Of a DNA stretch of 64,000 nucleotides, positions 15,121 to 29,249 are shown piece by piece. The translations under genes were made by a program, and so were the position numbers. The stretch covers positions 103,726,001-103,790,000 of the forward strand of contig OX597823.1 of assembly GCA_951406725.2 (NCBI GenBank), read 5' to 3'. The stretch is from Octopus vulgaris. Taxonomy: Eukaryota. The first letter of the stretch is position 1. Each line of letters opens with the position of its first letter. The notes below the pieces were generated by a model. It was not told where the DNA came from. It did no database searches and saw only the letters and a list, made by a program, of their open reading frames with translations.

Positions 15121-16290
15121 AATACACACACAAGGAGAGAAGACGGGAGAAAGAGACAGTCTGACGGATAGAAAGATAGACCGCGGTAATTAAGTATCGC
15201 AGATCTCCGGGAGTTCCTCTTTAAAACATGATGACATTCTCAAATTGGATGTCAACCTAATGATCCCATTTGGAGCTCCCCTCTATTGTTAGTGAATACC
15301 ACCTTCCTTTCCTGACTCTTTTCTGTCTTTTTTTCTCTCACTCTTTCTGTTTTCCGTTTCCACTCAACTCCATATCTTTACTATCGGCTGAGATGCGATA
15401 TTTGCCAGCAAGACTGCCCGTCTGCATTTTAACTCTCTTCCATTCTGTTTGTACGTGTTAATATATATATGAATGTGTGTTGTATACGTGTGTGTGTATG
15501 TGTATGCTCCCGCGAACCAAAATAAAACTTGGGATTTGCGGAGGGTCAAATTTGGTAAAAAAAATAAAAAAAGACAGTGGAGAAATACAATAAGCCAAAC
15601 GAAGATTAACATGGAAGGCCGTTAGGCTAGACGAAGTAATGTAGCGAACGCTGGAGGAATATGCTTTGACAAGAGAAAAGACAGGAGAAGACACTGCTAA
15701 GAATGCGTCTGGTCTGTGCGACAGACTGAATGAAAAGATGATCCCGTGAAGAAAAGAAAGATGGATGATGGTCACGTGTGAGCAACGAGAGAGAGAGAAA
15801 GAGTAAAGGAGGAAGTGTGAGAGATAGAGAGTAAAGGCGGAAGAGGGAGAGAGAGAGAGAGGTTGGTAGGGGTTCGCTCCCCCTGCTAGCTATATATATA
15901 TTGTATATAAAGGGTCAGCGTCGCACTGATAATCAGCTGGTGGACGGTCAGCCTGGGGTTAAACTATTTGTAACATGGAGCAGCCATTTTGATGTGGCGA
16001 TTGACTTCACTTGTTAGTATAGTTACTACTCTGATCTCTTCTTTAGATTTTACAACTGTATATCTTTGTTCTTTTATTTGTTCCAGTCATTTGACAGTGG
16101 TCATGCTGGAGCACCGCCTTTTGTCGAAAAAATTGTCTCCATGACTTATTCTTTCTAAGCATAGTACTTATCCTATCCGTTTCCTTTGCCGAACCGCTAA
16201 GTTACGGGGATGTAAACACACCAACATCGATTGTCAAGCGATGATGGTGATGGTAGTGGGGTGAAAAACACAGACACACAAACATATGCA

Positions 16291-16517
16291 CGAGCTGGCT
16301 GACACGTTAGCGCGCCGGGCGAAATGCTTAGCGGTATTTCGTCTATCGTTACGTTCTGAGTTCAAATTCCGCCGAGGTCGACTTTGCCTTTTATCCTTTC
16401 GGGGTCGATTAAATAAGTACCAGTTTCGCACTTGTGTCGATGTAATCGACTTAATCCCTTTGTCTGTCCTTGTTTCTCCTCTCTGTGTTTAGCCCCTTGT
16501 GGGCAATAAAGAAATAT
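16291..16517 (+). mobile_element. SINE family A nested in a minus-strand family B SINE (~16070-16590)
   Basis: Sequence identity to other A copies; family B halves on either side. Confidence 0.85.
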
Positions 16518-17182
16518 ACATTTATATATTTCCGACTACCAAACCCACTCACAAGGCTTTAGTCGACCCGCGGCTATAGTAGAAGTCACATATCTGTATG
16601 TATGTATATTTGTTCACATGAATAAACACATAGATAGATAGAGGGAGAGAGGGAGGAAGAGACACTACAGCCAGATGTAACATGATAGCACCACTTCCAA
16701 CCTGAAACAGGAGACTCTGGCACTAGCAAACGTTTAGCCACCAGTTTGGCGCTGACCAAAGCATTTGCTGCTGCTTTGTCACAAATTCCCGCTTCTATCC
16801 CTTCAAACCCTTTCTTCCAAATCCTTAGTTTTCGACTCTTCCCCCACCTTCTCTCTGTCTCTTTCTCTCTCTTCCTATCTCTCTCTCTTTCTCCGCCACC
16901 CTCTGTCTTTGTTTGTTTGTTTCTTCCTTCCTTCCTTCCTCCCTTTCTTTTTTTCATTTTTCTTTCTTTCATTCTGTCTTTCTTTCTTCCTTTCTTTCTT
17001 CCTTTCTTCCTTCCTTCCTTCCTTCCTTTCTTTCTTTCTTTCTTTCTTCCTTTCTATCTTTCTCTCTGCTTTCCGTCTTTCTCTCTTTCCCCTTCTCTCT
17101 CTTTGATTCTCTCCCTGTGTCTCTCTCTGTTACCTCTGTCTAACCATTCATCATGTTAAAAATGTTTTCTAAAAGTAACTTT

Positions 17183-17227
<45 letters not shown>

Positions 17228-17570
17228 TACTCACACAAATATTCAGCTAAAAGCATGCATGCGTACTTAATTATACGTATATACACGTTGTCCACACAAA
17301 AGGTCACGCACGCACACACACACATACGCGCATATTAAACAAAAATGACCTCGAGGATATAAATGAGAATGGCCAGTGGCATGAATTTGATCAACATAGA
17401 CAAATACGGTATATCAAATCCCATGTAATAGAAATTCTTAATTTATTAAAATGGTCATCGCATCTAGGGAATGTGCTACATACAATTGCTAAATGGCAAT
17501 CGAGAACAGCTCCACGTCCGAAGGGGAGATAATGTCAAGAATCATGAATTCTCCAAAGATTACATGCCTA

Positions 17571-18221
17571 TTCTTTACTACCCACAAGGGGCAAAACACA
17601 GAGAGGACAAACAAGGACAGACAAACGGATTAAGTCGATTATATCAGATTAAGTCGATTAGATCGACCTCGGCGTAATTTGAACTCAGAACGTAGCAGCA
17701 GACGAAATACCTATTTCTTTACTACCCACAAGGGGCAAAACACAGGGAGGACAAACAAAGACAGACAAATGGATTAAGTCGAATATATCGGATTAAGTCG
17801 ATTATATCGACCTCGGCGTAATTTGAACTCAGAACGTAGCAGCAGACGAAATACCTATTTCTTTACTACCCACAAGGGGCAAAACACAGGGAGGACAAAC
17901 AAAGACAGACAAATGGATTAAGTCGAATATATCGGATTAAGTCGATTATATCGACCTCGGCGTAATTTGAACTCAGAACGTAGCAGCAGACGAAATACCT
18001 ATTTCTTTACTACCCACAATGTGCTAAACACAGAGAGGACAAACAAGGACAGACAAACGGATTATGTCGATTATATCGACCCCAGTGCGTAACTGGTACT
18101 TATTTAATCGACCCTGAAAGGATGAAAGGCAAAGTCGACCTCGGCGGAATTTGAACGTAACGGCAGACGAAATATGGCTTTGCATTTCGCCCGGCGTGCT
18201 AACGATTCTGCCAGCTCGCCT
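17571..18221 (-). mobile_element. SINE family A with three extra 144-bp tandem units
   Basis: Unit starts at 17571, 17715, 17859; complete copy 18003-18221. Confidence 0.9.
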
Positions 18222-18464
18222 TTAAGGACAAGGACAGTCTTAAATCAGAAGACAAAAGAAAGAAAAAAGCAGTTGTGTATACTTGTTTCCGAATCTATGG
18301 GCGTCATCGCTCGACAAATGTTTCTACCATATCTTCAGTAGCCAAGAGACTTAGACGTATGCAAAAAAGGGGAAGAACACATCCATGGCGTAGCTAATTG
18401 GTATTAATTAAGCAAAATTTTTGTTACTCAGTAATTGTAACACATTGCTACTCGGTAATTGTAA

Positions 18465-18697
18465 AGGTGGCGAGCTGGAAGAATCGTTAACACGCCGGGC
18501 GAAATGCGTAGCCGTATTTCGTCTGCCGCTACGTTCTCAGTTCAAATTCCGCCGAGGTCGACTTTGCCTTTCATCCTTTCGGGATCGATAAATTAAGTAC
18601 CAGTTACGCAATGGGGTCGATGTAATCGACTTAATCCGTTTGTCTGTCCTTGTTTGTCCCCTCTGTGTTTAGCCCCTTGTGGGTAGTAAAGAAATTG
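18465..18697 (+). mobile_element. SINE family A
   Basis: Full-length; flanked by ggtaattgtaa repeats (TSD). Confidence 0.9.
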
Positions 18698-19163
18698 GTA
18701 ATTGTAACACATCCAATAGAGATGGAGATAATTTTAACAGATCAAGAATTTGTTGTATTACGTTTGATATACCTATATTACGCTATATTGTTCAAATACA
18801 TGGCGCTGGTCACTATGAGTTTATTTCTCGTAGACCACATTTTTAAAACTTATGTTCTACTCCTTTTGTTTATGCATAAGTCTCTTGGCTACTGGTGACA
18901 AAGCAGGAAACTTATGCTACCGATGCCTATTAAGTCAGAAACGAGTATCCACGACTGTCCTCTTCCTTCCAGACAATAAGCATGTCCTTTTTCCTTAATG
19001 GTATATCAACCTTGGAGAATTATTGATTTTTTTTTTGCTTATCTCCCCTTTTATATGGAGCTGTTGGTGACACATCATCTAAAGGTAGAGATATTTCTAA
19101 TAAATCAAAGATTTATGTTACTTGGTATTTGGTATACTGCATTTGAATCTGTCTGCCTGTCTT

Positions 19164-19225
<62 letters not shown>

Positions 19226-19275
19226 CCTACCTGTCTGTCTGTCTGTCTGTCTGTCTATCCATTTATCTATTTATC

Positions 19276-19322
<47 letters not shown>

Positions 19323-19413
19323 GTTTTTGTGTGTGTGTATGCGTGTGTATCCAAATATAATTTCATATATATGTGTGAGTGTATACATAGATATATGTAT
19401 ATATATACGTATA

Positions 19414-19484
<71 letters not shown>

Positions 19485-19753
19485 ACACACACATATATAT
19501 ATATACACACATACACGTATGCGTGTGTATGCATGTATATGTATTTATTGTTTAAGCGTAAACAAACCTCAGAGGTCAACTGAACTTTCAATGTTGATTC
19601 TTCTCATAAGGACGTCATATTTGAGAGGAACCACAACGCAAAATGTTTTCACTTTTGTGTTTGGTTTAGATGATTCCATTCTCGACTATTCATACTTTTC
19701 TTTTCGTTTTTCCAATTGACTTAACGCAATCTCTTTTTTCAACCTATTTTCAG

Positions 19754-19888
19754 GGACGTCCAGGTAGGAGGGGACAACACGGATATAATGGCACGGACGG
19801 CTTAAGAGGACCCCATGGTGCTGAAGGAAGGCCAGGAGAACCTGGCCCACGTGGCTTACCAGGACCCCGAGGACCAGTAGGCAAGCGT
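19754..19888 (+). CDS. Collagen exon 4: 15 Gly-X-Y triplets (GRPGRRGQHGYNGTD...GPVGKR)
   Basis: ttttcag| ... CGT|gtaagt, 135 nt, phase 0-0. Confidence 0.95.
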
Positions 19889-20100
19889 GTAAGTAGTTTT
19901 CAGTGACAAATACTTGCAGTTGACCCGGATTGATTGTTGTGAGAGTTAAATAATTGAACACTTATTAACAGATGTTATACTCTGAGAAGGAACGTAGTAC
20001 ATCGACTGGTTGCACCTCTTTATAAACTCCACAAATGGTTTCTATGTACACTACGAGGGATATATTTAAAGCAAGCAGGCAAGGCCCAATATACGATTTA

Positions 20101-20166
<66 letters not shown>

Positions 20167-20711
20167 CGGTGCGAATGGTTTTTTTATACGGCGCCGAGTT
20201 TACAATCCTGTAAATAATAATAATGGTATTTTTATATGAGCTTAAAGCTTATGTCGATCACCGTGCAATGACTAAAGAAAATAGTCTAATAAAGGGGGTC
20301 TATAAGCCCTCGACAGGATTGTAAACTCGAAGTATATATATACATACAGATTGAAATGGATATTACCTGAACTAAGTTTAAGTACAACGAAAAGAATACA
20401 GTATACATAGGTTACAAGAATAAGCAACGGTATAATAAAATTGTATACTTACGTATTCTCTATCGTGGTAATACCTTCTAAAAACTACCAAAAATAACTC
20501 CTGCAAAACATACATTTGGCTGAAAGCGGGATAGTGAGAGAAAATTACACACAAGGAAGTAAATTTACTTCATGTCAATTAGAAATGTTTTAAATAAAGT
20601 ACAGCGCCCAAGAAAACGTCATATTACAACATGTTGCTTCTTACACTGTTTCTTGCTTATTTGCAATATATTGGAATGACCTAAATATTCTTTCTTTCTT
20701 TTGAAATATAG

Positions 20712-20756
20712 GGATTAGCCGGAGTTCCTGGAGCTACTGGAGCCACTGGAGAAGTG
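20712..20756 (+). CDS. Collagen exon 5: GLAGVPGATGATGEV
   Basis: atatag| ... GTG|gtaagt, 45 nt, perfect Gly-X-Y. Confidence 0.92.
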
Positions 20757-21142
20757 GTAAGTAGAAGATATCACATTTTATCGACATTACAGGTTTAATG
20801 GTACGCATGCACGGTTTAACACTTTAAATGACAGTTCTTTTAGAGCATTCCATTTAATACCTCTAAGTAATGGCTGGGGTTCTTAGATACAGTAGCCCTC
20901 AAATCACACTATATCGCCTTAATTAACGACTGACACATTGAAATAATGTATTTGTAAATGTAAATGTGATCAATTTGAAAATCAAGAAGGGTAGTTGCTG
21001 CTTGAAGTGCCATTGATTATCGATCAGCTCAAACTTTAGCAAAAAACTACTCCGCATCGACAATGACACCATAATGAGACAGAGCTAAGTTCAGAACGTC
21101 TATTAGGTCGAAATTGCAGCCATATTTTTCCAAATTTTTAAT

Positions 21143-21189
<47 letters not shown>

Positions 21190-21894
21190 ATTTGATATTG
21201 TTGCCCAAGATGCGTTATAGCCTCAAAAGCAAACAAGAAATTGTTTTTTTGTTGCCAAGAAGCTCAATGAGAGAAAAAAGACAAACAAGTTATGAAACAA
21301 GTCGTTAGTTACATCTATGAGAAGACATTATGTTTGCTTCTACTCCAGCAAAGTCATTTACGCACCAACGAGTGAAGCTCTACATTGACGGCACTACACT
21401 TTCTTTTGATAAAATTCAGTTTCCATTTTATAAAGTAAAATGTGAAAAGATTGATTTAGACAGAAATTAGACTCTCGGAATTCAGTTAGACTTTAGGAAT
21501 TAAGGAGTTATCCGTTTGGCATTATTTATGTCATTAATTATTGAGATGTTATTCTGATCAGTTCATTTGTAAGGTATGTCCGTACAAACATTTGATTTAG
21601 AAATATAATTTCTATTAGACTTTTTAGAAAATCAACAATGTAAGTCGACATTAACAAAAAATAAAGCCTTAATGTGTATGAGGAAAATATGAAACTTATA
21701 CAAAATTTTCATTCCTGGACTGGATAGTATTCATAAATCATCCACACCTTTAAGCTAGGAACACCTGCCAACATTTTATAAAAGCTGTTATAAATGTTGC
21801 TACTGCTAGAAAGCGCAGCCAAATACCCTCGCACTTAACTTAAAATGGAAAGAACTTATTGAATAACATAAGTGTCACTTAAAATACAGATAAT

Positions 21895-22187
21895 TCTTCT
21901 TCCTCGAAAACCAATATCTTTAACTAAAAAGTATGACAATGGGAGCGACAGTTGCACCCACGTTTGTATCACTAGTAATGAGATTCCTTGAAGAAAATAT
22001 CTATGCAGTTCTGAGATCAGTATTTTCAATCCTATTTGAAATAAAACGAAAAAATTCTGGCTGATTGCTTCGAATTTTAAAAGAGAAGGAAAGATGATTT
22101 TTGCAACAGGAGTCGGTGAACCGAGGTAAATTACATCAAGTGGGGTAAAAATGAAGTTCTTGTGGTTAATGAGGACTTATTAGACAA
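21895..22187 (+). repeat. ~290-bp direct duplicate of 23848-24140 (Penelope RT remnant plus its flank)
   Basis: Near-identical from ttcttcct.gaaaaccaatatcttt to ...cttattagacaa. Confidence 0.9.
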
Positions 22188-22679
22188 TATCTCATGATCG
22201 ATCCGGAATTATATAAACACAGTAACAAAATAACCACAGAGGAGAACATAACACTTAAGTTACTGGTGTTAGTTATATTGATATGGAATTTATATACATA
22301 CAAAATGAATGCATTTTACACCAAAAGCCAGCATGAGAATTTCCCTCATGGTAACTACAGTAGTATAGTTCGTTCTTACAGAAAATCCATGTTTGAGTGG
22401 TATTAATACTGTTCTACCATTAATAGATATTTTTTAACAAGCTCACTGGCTAATCGCGACACCAGAGCCTGTTCTGGCACTGTTATTTTAGACATCGCTG
22501 GCAGAGATGAATCAGGGCTATCTCAAGCGAACGAGTGTCCGTCATTGACGAGACCAAGGAAAGTCGAAATCACGTGACCTGGTGTCGGCGCTGGAGATAG
22601 CGGGGATTTATCTCCCCACTAGCAATATAAATATGTACGAATATTTATGTACGTATATATGTTTGTATATGTCGTATAA

Positions 22680-22856
<177 letters not shown>

Positions 22857-23236
22857 TGAGTTCAAATGTTACCAATCGCTTTTGATTATTTCAACCTCTT
22901 TTCTGCAGGAAATATATAAAAATAAATAAATATATAATATATAAAAATAAATAAAAATAGACTCTTTTATTTAATACAAAATCAGTGATTTCTTTCTTGT
23001 ATACGCCCACAACTACATAAGATATATGTGATTTTATACATACATATGTACATATATACAGATGTATATCAATATCTATATGTACATGTATATGTACACA
23101 CACACGCAATACAAACACGCAACATCGCTATTTGAGAATTCATGTATATGTAAGAAATCAATATATTTATATATGTGTGTGTGACTGTGTGTATGTATGC
23201 ATGTATTGCTAACTTTTTCGCTTTCTTTCTTTTAAG

Positions 23237-23281
23237 GGTCTTCTTGGAGAACCTGGACGACATGGCCGCGACGGACTACCA
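23237..23281 (+). CDS. Collagen exon 7: GLLGEPGRHGRDGLP
   Basis: ttttaag| ... CCA|gtaagg, 45 nt. Confidence 0.93.
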
Positions 23282-23379
23282 GTAAGGGACTATTATTCAT
23301 TACAGTCATCTTCATTGCCATTGTTATTGCACCGTGCATATAAGTATAAATACGAACACATATAAATATTAATTCATGC

Positions 23380-23429
<50 letters not shown>

Positions 23430-23789
23430 CTGAAGAAAGTTTTTTCTTATTTTGGAAATTATCAATTATATACAAAATTCTTTAAAAACATTTTGAAACA
23501 AAACAGAGCGGCCCAAATCCTTTGAAAATATGCTTTCACTGTTTATGGCTTTTCAAACGTACATATTATGGAGTAATCTGTAAGAGAGCAAATTGTTTGG
23601 AGTAGCGGTGTTGATTATATCCGGTTTAGTTTCAGATTTAGAAATCTTATATAGTTTGCACATTTTAGCGTCTCATAGACATTCATTTTCTTCCTTTAAG
23701 TCGCTTGATGTTCACAATCTAAGAAATGAATCTTTGTTTTGTTGCTTTAGATTTTCTCACTCCATGTATTAATTTTGATTCTGTATCGA

Positions 23790-25270
23790 GAGATTCCTAA
23801 ACGAATTGATATTAGAAAGATATTCATTTGTGCTAGAAAACAACTACTTCTTCCTTGAAAACCAATATCTTTAGCTAAAATGTAATGTCAATGGGAGTGA
23901 CAGTTGCACCCACGTTTGTATCACTAGTAATGGGATTCCTTGAAGAAAATATCTATGCAGTTCTGAGATCAATATTTTCAAGCCTATTTGAAATAAAACG
24001 AAAAAATTCTGGCTGATTGCTTCGAAGTTTTGAAAGAGAAGGAAAGATGATTTTTGCAACAGGGGTCGGTGAACCGAGGTAAATTACATCAAGTGGGGTA
24101 AAAATGAAGTTCTTGTGGTAAATGAGTACTTATTAGACAAGTAAAATTATATTAAAAAACACGTGTTCCTTGTTACGACAGGAAATTTTCTTCTGGTGAC
24201 ACTGCATCTGTCCACTGTAGTGGACGTGTGAATCAATTCAAATAAATAGATTCAATAAAATAGATTCAACAAACCTTTTGAAGTCAAAGCATCTATGATT
24301 TTCTTCCTTTCAAATTAAGGGGATAACGTCGGCGTGAATAAATATATTTTGGGTAATTCATTAGAAAGTTTTCCTACCCATGCCTTACAGGATATCTTAA
24401 ATCAATAAACAGCATTCATGAATTGATCCAGTTCACTATCGTTTCTTTACTACCCACAAGGGGCTAACACAGAGAGGACAAACAAGGACAGACAAACGGA
24501 TTAAGTCAATTATATTGACCCCAGTGCGTAACTGGTACTTAATTTATCGAACCTGAAAGGATGAAAGGCAAAGTCAACCTCGGCGGAATTTGAACTGAGA
24601 ACGTAACGGCAGACGAAATACTGCTAGGCATTTCGCCCGGCGTGCTAACTATTCTGCCAGCTCGATCCAGTTCACTATGGACAATATGGAAGTGAATGAA
24701 AAGAAACTTCTGTTAGACATTCTCTGTTTCAGTCTTACAGAGAAACCTTCACAATGGGTGTGAAGACAAAAACAGAGACAAATATTCTTTATTTCCATAA
24801 TCCTGGAAACTATAAATCTTACATACGGCCAAACAATGCATACCAGTCCTACACCAAACATCGAATCTCAGAAACATAGTAAAAGAATTGCAAATTATCA
24901 ACAACAGAAGATAACCACTGAATCTAAAATGACCCTTAAAATAAATAAAATTTACGTTAGAAGAAATATTGCTAGGAACAAAATGTAGAGACTTCCGTTG
25001 TTCGATGAGTGAATTAATAGAACAGAGCAAATCCCAAAATTCAAGCATGGAAAGAATTGATGGTTAATGCAAACATGAATTGAAAACCAAACAATTCATT
25101 TACAGCATCATATGCCCACAATACAATGAGAATTATGTCAGACAAACAGGATCAAAGTTAATACATCAAAGTTAATACATCAAAGATTCAGCCCCTAGAA
25201 ATACTGCATATAGTGAGCATTTAGACATTTGTGCAAATGGAAAATTCAAATTATTCCTTTTAAAAAAACT
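23790..25270 (+). mobile_element. Decayed Penelope-like element interrupted by a SINE
   Basis: RT remnants (VLENNYF; MG.TVAPTFVSLVMGFLEE; SIHELIQFTM) and GIY-YIG remnant (IYSIICPQYNENYVRQTG...SEHLDICANG). Confidence 0.75.
24440..24663 (-). mobile_element. SINE family A with 15-bp TSD
   Basis: gatccagttcactat at 24425-24439 and 24664-24678. Confidence 0.92.
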
Positions 25271-25446
25271 AATATATTATTATTATTAATATAAGGAAAT
25301 CAATATTGAACTCATCATAAAGATGTACCCATGTGAAAGACCTTATTGTATTAAAAATATATATAAATAAATAAATATAAATATATATACATATAATGTA
25401 TATGATAAATTTGATAGTTTAAAAGTTTTGAATTAATTTTTTAAGC

Positions 25447-25536
25447 ATCTTACGATCGTTTCGCAGAAGAGTTGTCCCTATAATGAAATCCTATATTGAT
25501 AAGCATTTATAGACAACCCTTCTGCTCTTCAGAGAT
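25447..25536 (-). ncRNA. Type I hammerhead ribozyme motif, fully canonical core
   Basis: Minus strand reads AUCU-CUGAAGA-GCAGAAGGGUUGUC...GACAACUCUUCUGC-GAAAC-GAUC-GUA-AGAU: 4-bp stem I, 14-bp stem II, palindromic stem III (ACGAUCGU), GUA site. Confidence 0.85.
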
Positions 25537-25793
25537 ATAAAATATGAATATTGTATAATATATTGAATGATAGTTTTTTTTTTAAATTTGAAGTAAAGAA
25601 AGAAAATGATAAACTACGGAAGGGAAAAGAAGAATATATGAATTCTAAATCCTAAACTAAAACCGAAATACACAATGCCGATACTAAAAACAAATACAAC
25701 TATACAGATTATTCCATAACACTCGTGCTTAAAAATCTGAAAGCAACGGAAGCGCTTACACTATATGAAAACTTGTTTCCAAACGATTTGTGT

Positions 25794-25960
25794 AGTTCTG
25801 TTGAGTTCAATCTCACCGAGGTCAACTTTGCCTTTCATCCTTTCGGGGTCGATAAATTAAGTACCAGTTACGCACTGGTGTCGATGTAATCGACTTAATA
25901 CCTATGTCTGTCCTTGTTTGTCCCCTCTGTGTTTAGCCCCTTGTGGGTAATAAAGAAATA
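25794..25960 (+). mobile_element. 5'-truncated SINE family A (older relatives at ~3755-3875, 26040-26240, 49170-49368, 58350-58690)
   Basis: Shared central domain ctttgcctttcatcctttcggggtcgataaa. Confidence 0.8.
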
Positions 25961-27108
25961 GATATAACTACCTATTGTCTTTTCCGCCAAATTTCAGGCC
26001 TTGTATGTATATTAGTGATAATCATTAAGGGATATAACAGATTAGCAAAATCTTTAGAAAGTCGGTAAAATTGTCATACGTTACTAATTCGGGCACTTTT
26101 GATTTGGGGTTCAAATCTCAGCGAGGTGAACTTTGTCTTTTATCCTTTCAAAGTCGATGAAATAAAGTACCTGGCAAGTATTAGCGTTCATGGTTTCAAC
26201 TAATTCCCTCCCCCAAAATATGTGTCTATGTTAGAAAATTTGATAAGTATATTGGCGGGGTATATACATTCAAATCACGCCAAGTCAGCCATGTCGTTAC
26301 ATTTTCTCCGGTGTTGAGAAAATAAAGCAGTCAAATACGTTAATGAAATATATGAATCCCATTTCAGAGTCGTTGTAGCTATGTAACATTATTTACAACT
26401 TTTGCTTATGTTGAAAGAATGGTAAATCGGTAGATTTAGGACAATATCGGGTATAAAGTCTTGGTTTATTTTCATTGCCATGCTTTGAATTCTAATTTCA
26501 AAATTATTAAGTTCGATGTGGTCAACAGTCAATTTTTAAGTTAGGAATATTCAAGATCGCTGAAGTGGCAACAAAAAAAGGTACACTACTGATCTAGATG
26601 CATTGCAGTATTGAGATATTCTCCTTCATTTCATTGCCTTGTATTCAAAACCTTCTTGAATCCATAGTTTTCTAAAGAAATTCTACCATGGTCAACTATG
26701 CGTTTTTATTCTCCGAACTCAGTTACAAAAGTACCAGTCGATACCAATCAGCTACTGGAGTCGATTAAAAAACGGAATTATTTGTTACCGCTATCCCACT
26801 CACATCAATTCCTAGCCTTGTGCCAAAGTTAATTCGTTCTCTAAATTCAATTCCATTTTGTTTCAAATTTATACAAATCTTTCCAGAAATAACAACCGAA
26901 TTTCATTAAATCACTCACTTTTTGAGCTTCTGTCAAAATTTGAAACTCATTAAATCACACTTTAAGAATAAAGAGCATGTGGGTAAATGTATCGAAGACG
27001 GATCATAGTTTTGCATGGGATAAATAGCAACAACAATACAACAACAACGAAACAGAACAATATATTAATACTTTTTCTCCAATTCTCTACTTTTCTCTTT
27101 GTAATTAG

Positions 27109-27171
27109 GGAGAAGATGGTGAACCTGGACCTCAAGGACCTATTGGAGACCCCGGATGCAAAGGAGAGAGG
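27109..27171 (+). CDS. Collagen exon 8: GEDGEPGPQGPIGDPGCKGER
   Basis: aattag| ... AGG|gtaagt, 63 nt. Confidence 0.93.
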
Positions 27172-28262
27172 GTAAGTTTTAACACGTTTTTCAATCATCA
27201 GATATCTTAATTTCTAAGTTTAGTTTCTTCCAATCTCCATTTCCTGCTACTAATTCCGTTGTTAGAAGCTTACTTACTCATTGTCTCGTAGACAAAAGAC
27301 ACTTGTAATAAGATATGACAGAGTAAAAAGCGTCATCAAATGGAAAACATATCGGCATTATCACATGCAGTTGGGAAATAATTGGTCTTAAGCTTGCATC
27401 AAATCGGAAATGCTCAAATGGTGGAGTAAAACTCTAACAAATTTTGAGCATGCTTATTCAGACTAACAAGAGAATTTAAATAGGCTCGCCTAAATCTCAT
27501 AAACAGGGAAACAAAAAGTAAACCTGATCCATTTTGATCACTTGTGACCAAAAGTACAGTCACTCGGATAAAGAAATATTGTTATGGTACAAGAATTCGA
27601 AAATGAAAATATGCAAACATGGGTGATGTGAAGAAAAATCAGTATATTTAATATACCAAGTATATTAAAAGGAAACACAATGAATGCAAACATTAGCGTT
27701 ATACATCTTGCAATGCTTTGGTCAGAGGAAAAATGCGACCGAGCATAAAACTGCATATATTGTACGTAAGTAAAAATACGCTTTAATACACAGTCGTATT
27801 AGACAAGACTCAAGATTTCGAGTGGTCACAGTGACAAAATGTTGGAATGGTTTATACTAAATGATGTGAAAAATGTTCGCCAAATAATATTTTTTGCTGT
27901 TAAGAAAGGAAAGAAAGTATTGCTTTTAGGGTGAATAATGAGTGATTTGTTTGGACTGCATATCGTTGAATGTTTGAAAGATTTTACATCTCTCCCTCTT
28001 TTAAGCGTAAGAGTCCAATACATCCAAGTATACATACGTACAAGCATATATATATATATATATATGTATATTTACATACATACATTTATATATATATATA
28101 TTTATGTATGGATGTATATGTATATATATATATACACATACGTATATAATATATATATATTTTTTTTTATAATAATATATATATTTATATATATTATATA
28201 TATTTTTTTTTATACATATATGTATAAACATAAATATATGTAAATACGTATACATGTATATG

Positions 28263-28317
<55 letters not shown>

Positions 28318-28460
28318 ACACATACAGACACACACACACACATATTAATACATAAAAGAATATAAGGAGAAAAATCACGTTAATGATTTTTATCAAGTAG
28401 TCAGCATGCTATAAAAAGTATCGGGAATTAATACATTAAATTAATAATAATGTGCATCTG

Positions 28461-28699
28461 TATATAATTATATGAAGGGGGTTGGGGCGAAAACAACCTG
28501 TCCCCAGCATGCTTGAGAGGCTGATGCCTTCTAAAGACTACCAAAAATAACTCCTGCTAAATATACATTTGGCTGAAAGCGGGCTAGTGAGGGAAAATTT
28601 AAAAGGCCTTACGTTAATTGTGAATTTTTTAAGGTATCGGCACTTCTAGCATGCTGGAGACAGGTCATTTTCGCCCTAGCTCCCTTGATATAATTATAC
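28461..28699. repeat. Diverged ~70-bp inverted repeat cassette; its interior is shared with ~20475-20546
   Basis: tataattatatgaagggggttggggcgaaaa... vs ...ttttcgccctagctcccttgatataattata. Confidence 0.75.
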
Positions 28700-28720
28700 A
28701 CACACACACACACACACACA

Positions 28721-28771
<51 letters not shown>

Positions 28772-28781
28772 TGCCGAATAT

Positions 28782-28866
<85 letters not shown>

Positions 28867-28966
28867 CTGCCGAATAAACCACGCGTGAGCGGAGGATTTT
28901 AAACAAGTATAACAATTATACACGAGGCATGTTCTTTATCGCCTCGTGTCTATATGTGAGCCTTGG

Positions 28967-29050
28967 CCTTCTGATGAAGATGGCGACACCAGTTGTACAT
29001 TAAAATTATTTTATTTACGAAAGGATTGCCGAAACTATGCATAGTCCAGG
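28967..29050 (+). ncRNA. Hammerhead-like motif (core intact, 4-nt insertion before stem II, first stem I pair mismatched)
   Basis: CCUU-CUGAUGA-agau-GGCGA...UUGCC-GAAAC-UAUGCAUA-GUC-CAGG; palindromic ACUAUGCAUAGU. Confidence 0.65.
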
Positions 29051-29181
29051 AAATATAGGCTAAATGTTTTTATTGTCCATTCCCTTTCAGAATTGCAACA
29101 ATAAGTGGCTTGGAGTTTAACTGATCTTTCTAGTGAGTCAGATGTTCCATTATGGTCACCTCTTATGCGTTTAAATGTACA

Positions 29182-29218
<37 letters not shown>

Positions 29219-29249
29219 AGATAAAAAATTAGATATATTTCGACCAAAG

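Noticed and set aside
15456-15975. Possible solo LTR (TGTTA...TAACA with internal TATA-like run)
   Set aside because: No target-site duplication, primer-binding site or second copy visible.
17571-18221. Regularly spaced repeats resembling a CRISPR array
   Set aside because: Units are near-identical over their whole length with no unique spacers; SINE-derived, eukaryotic context.
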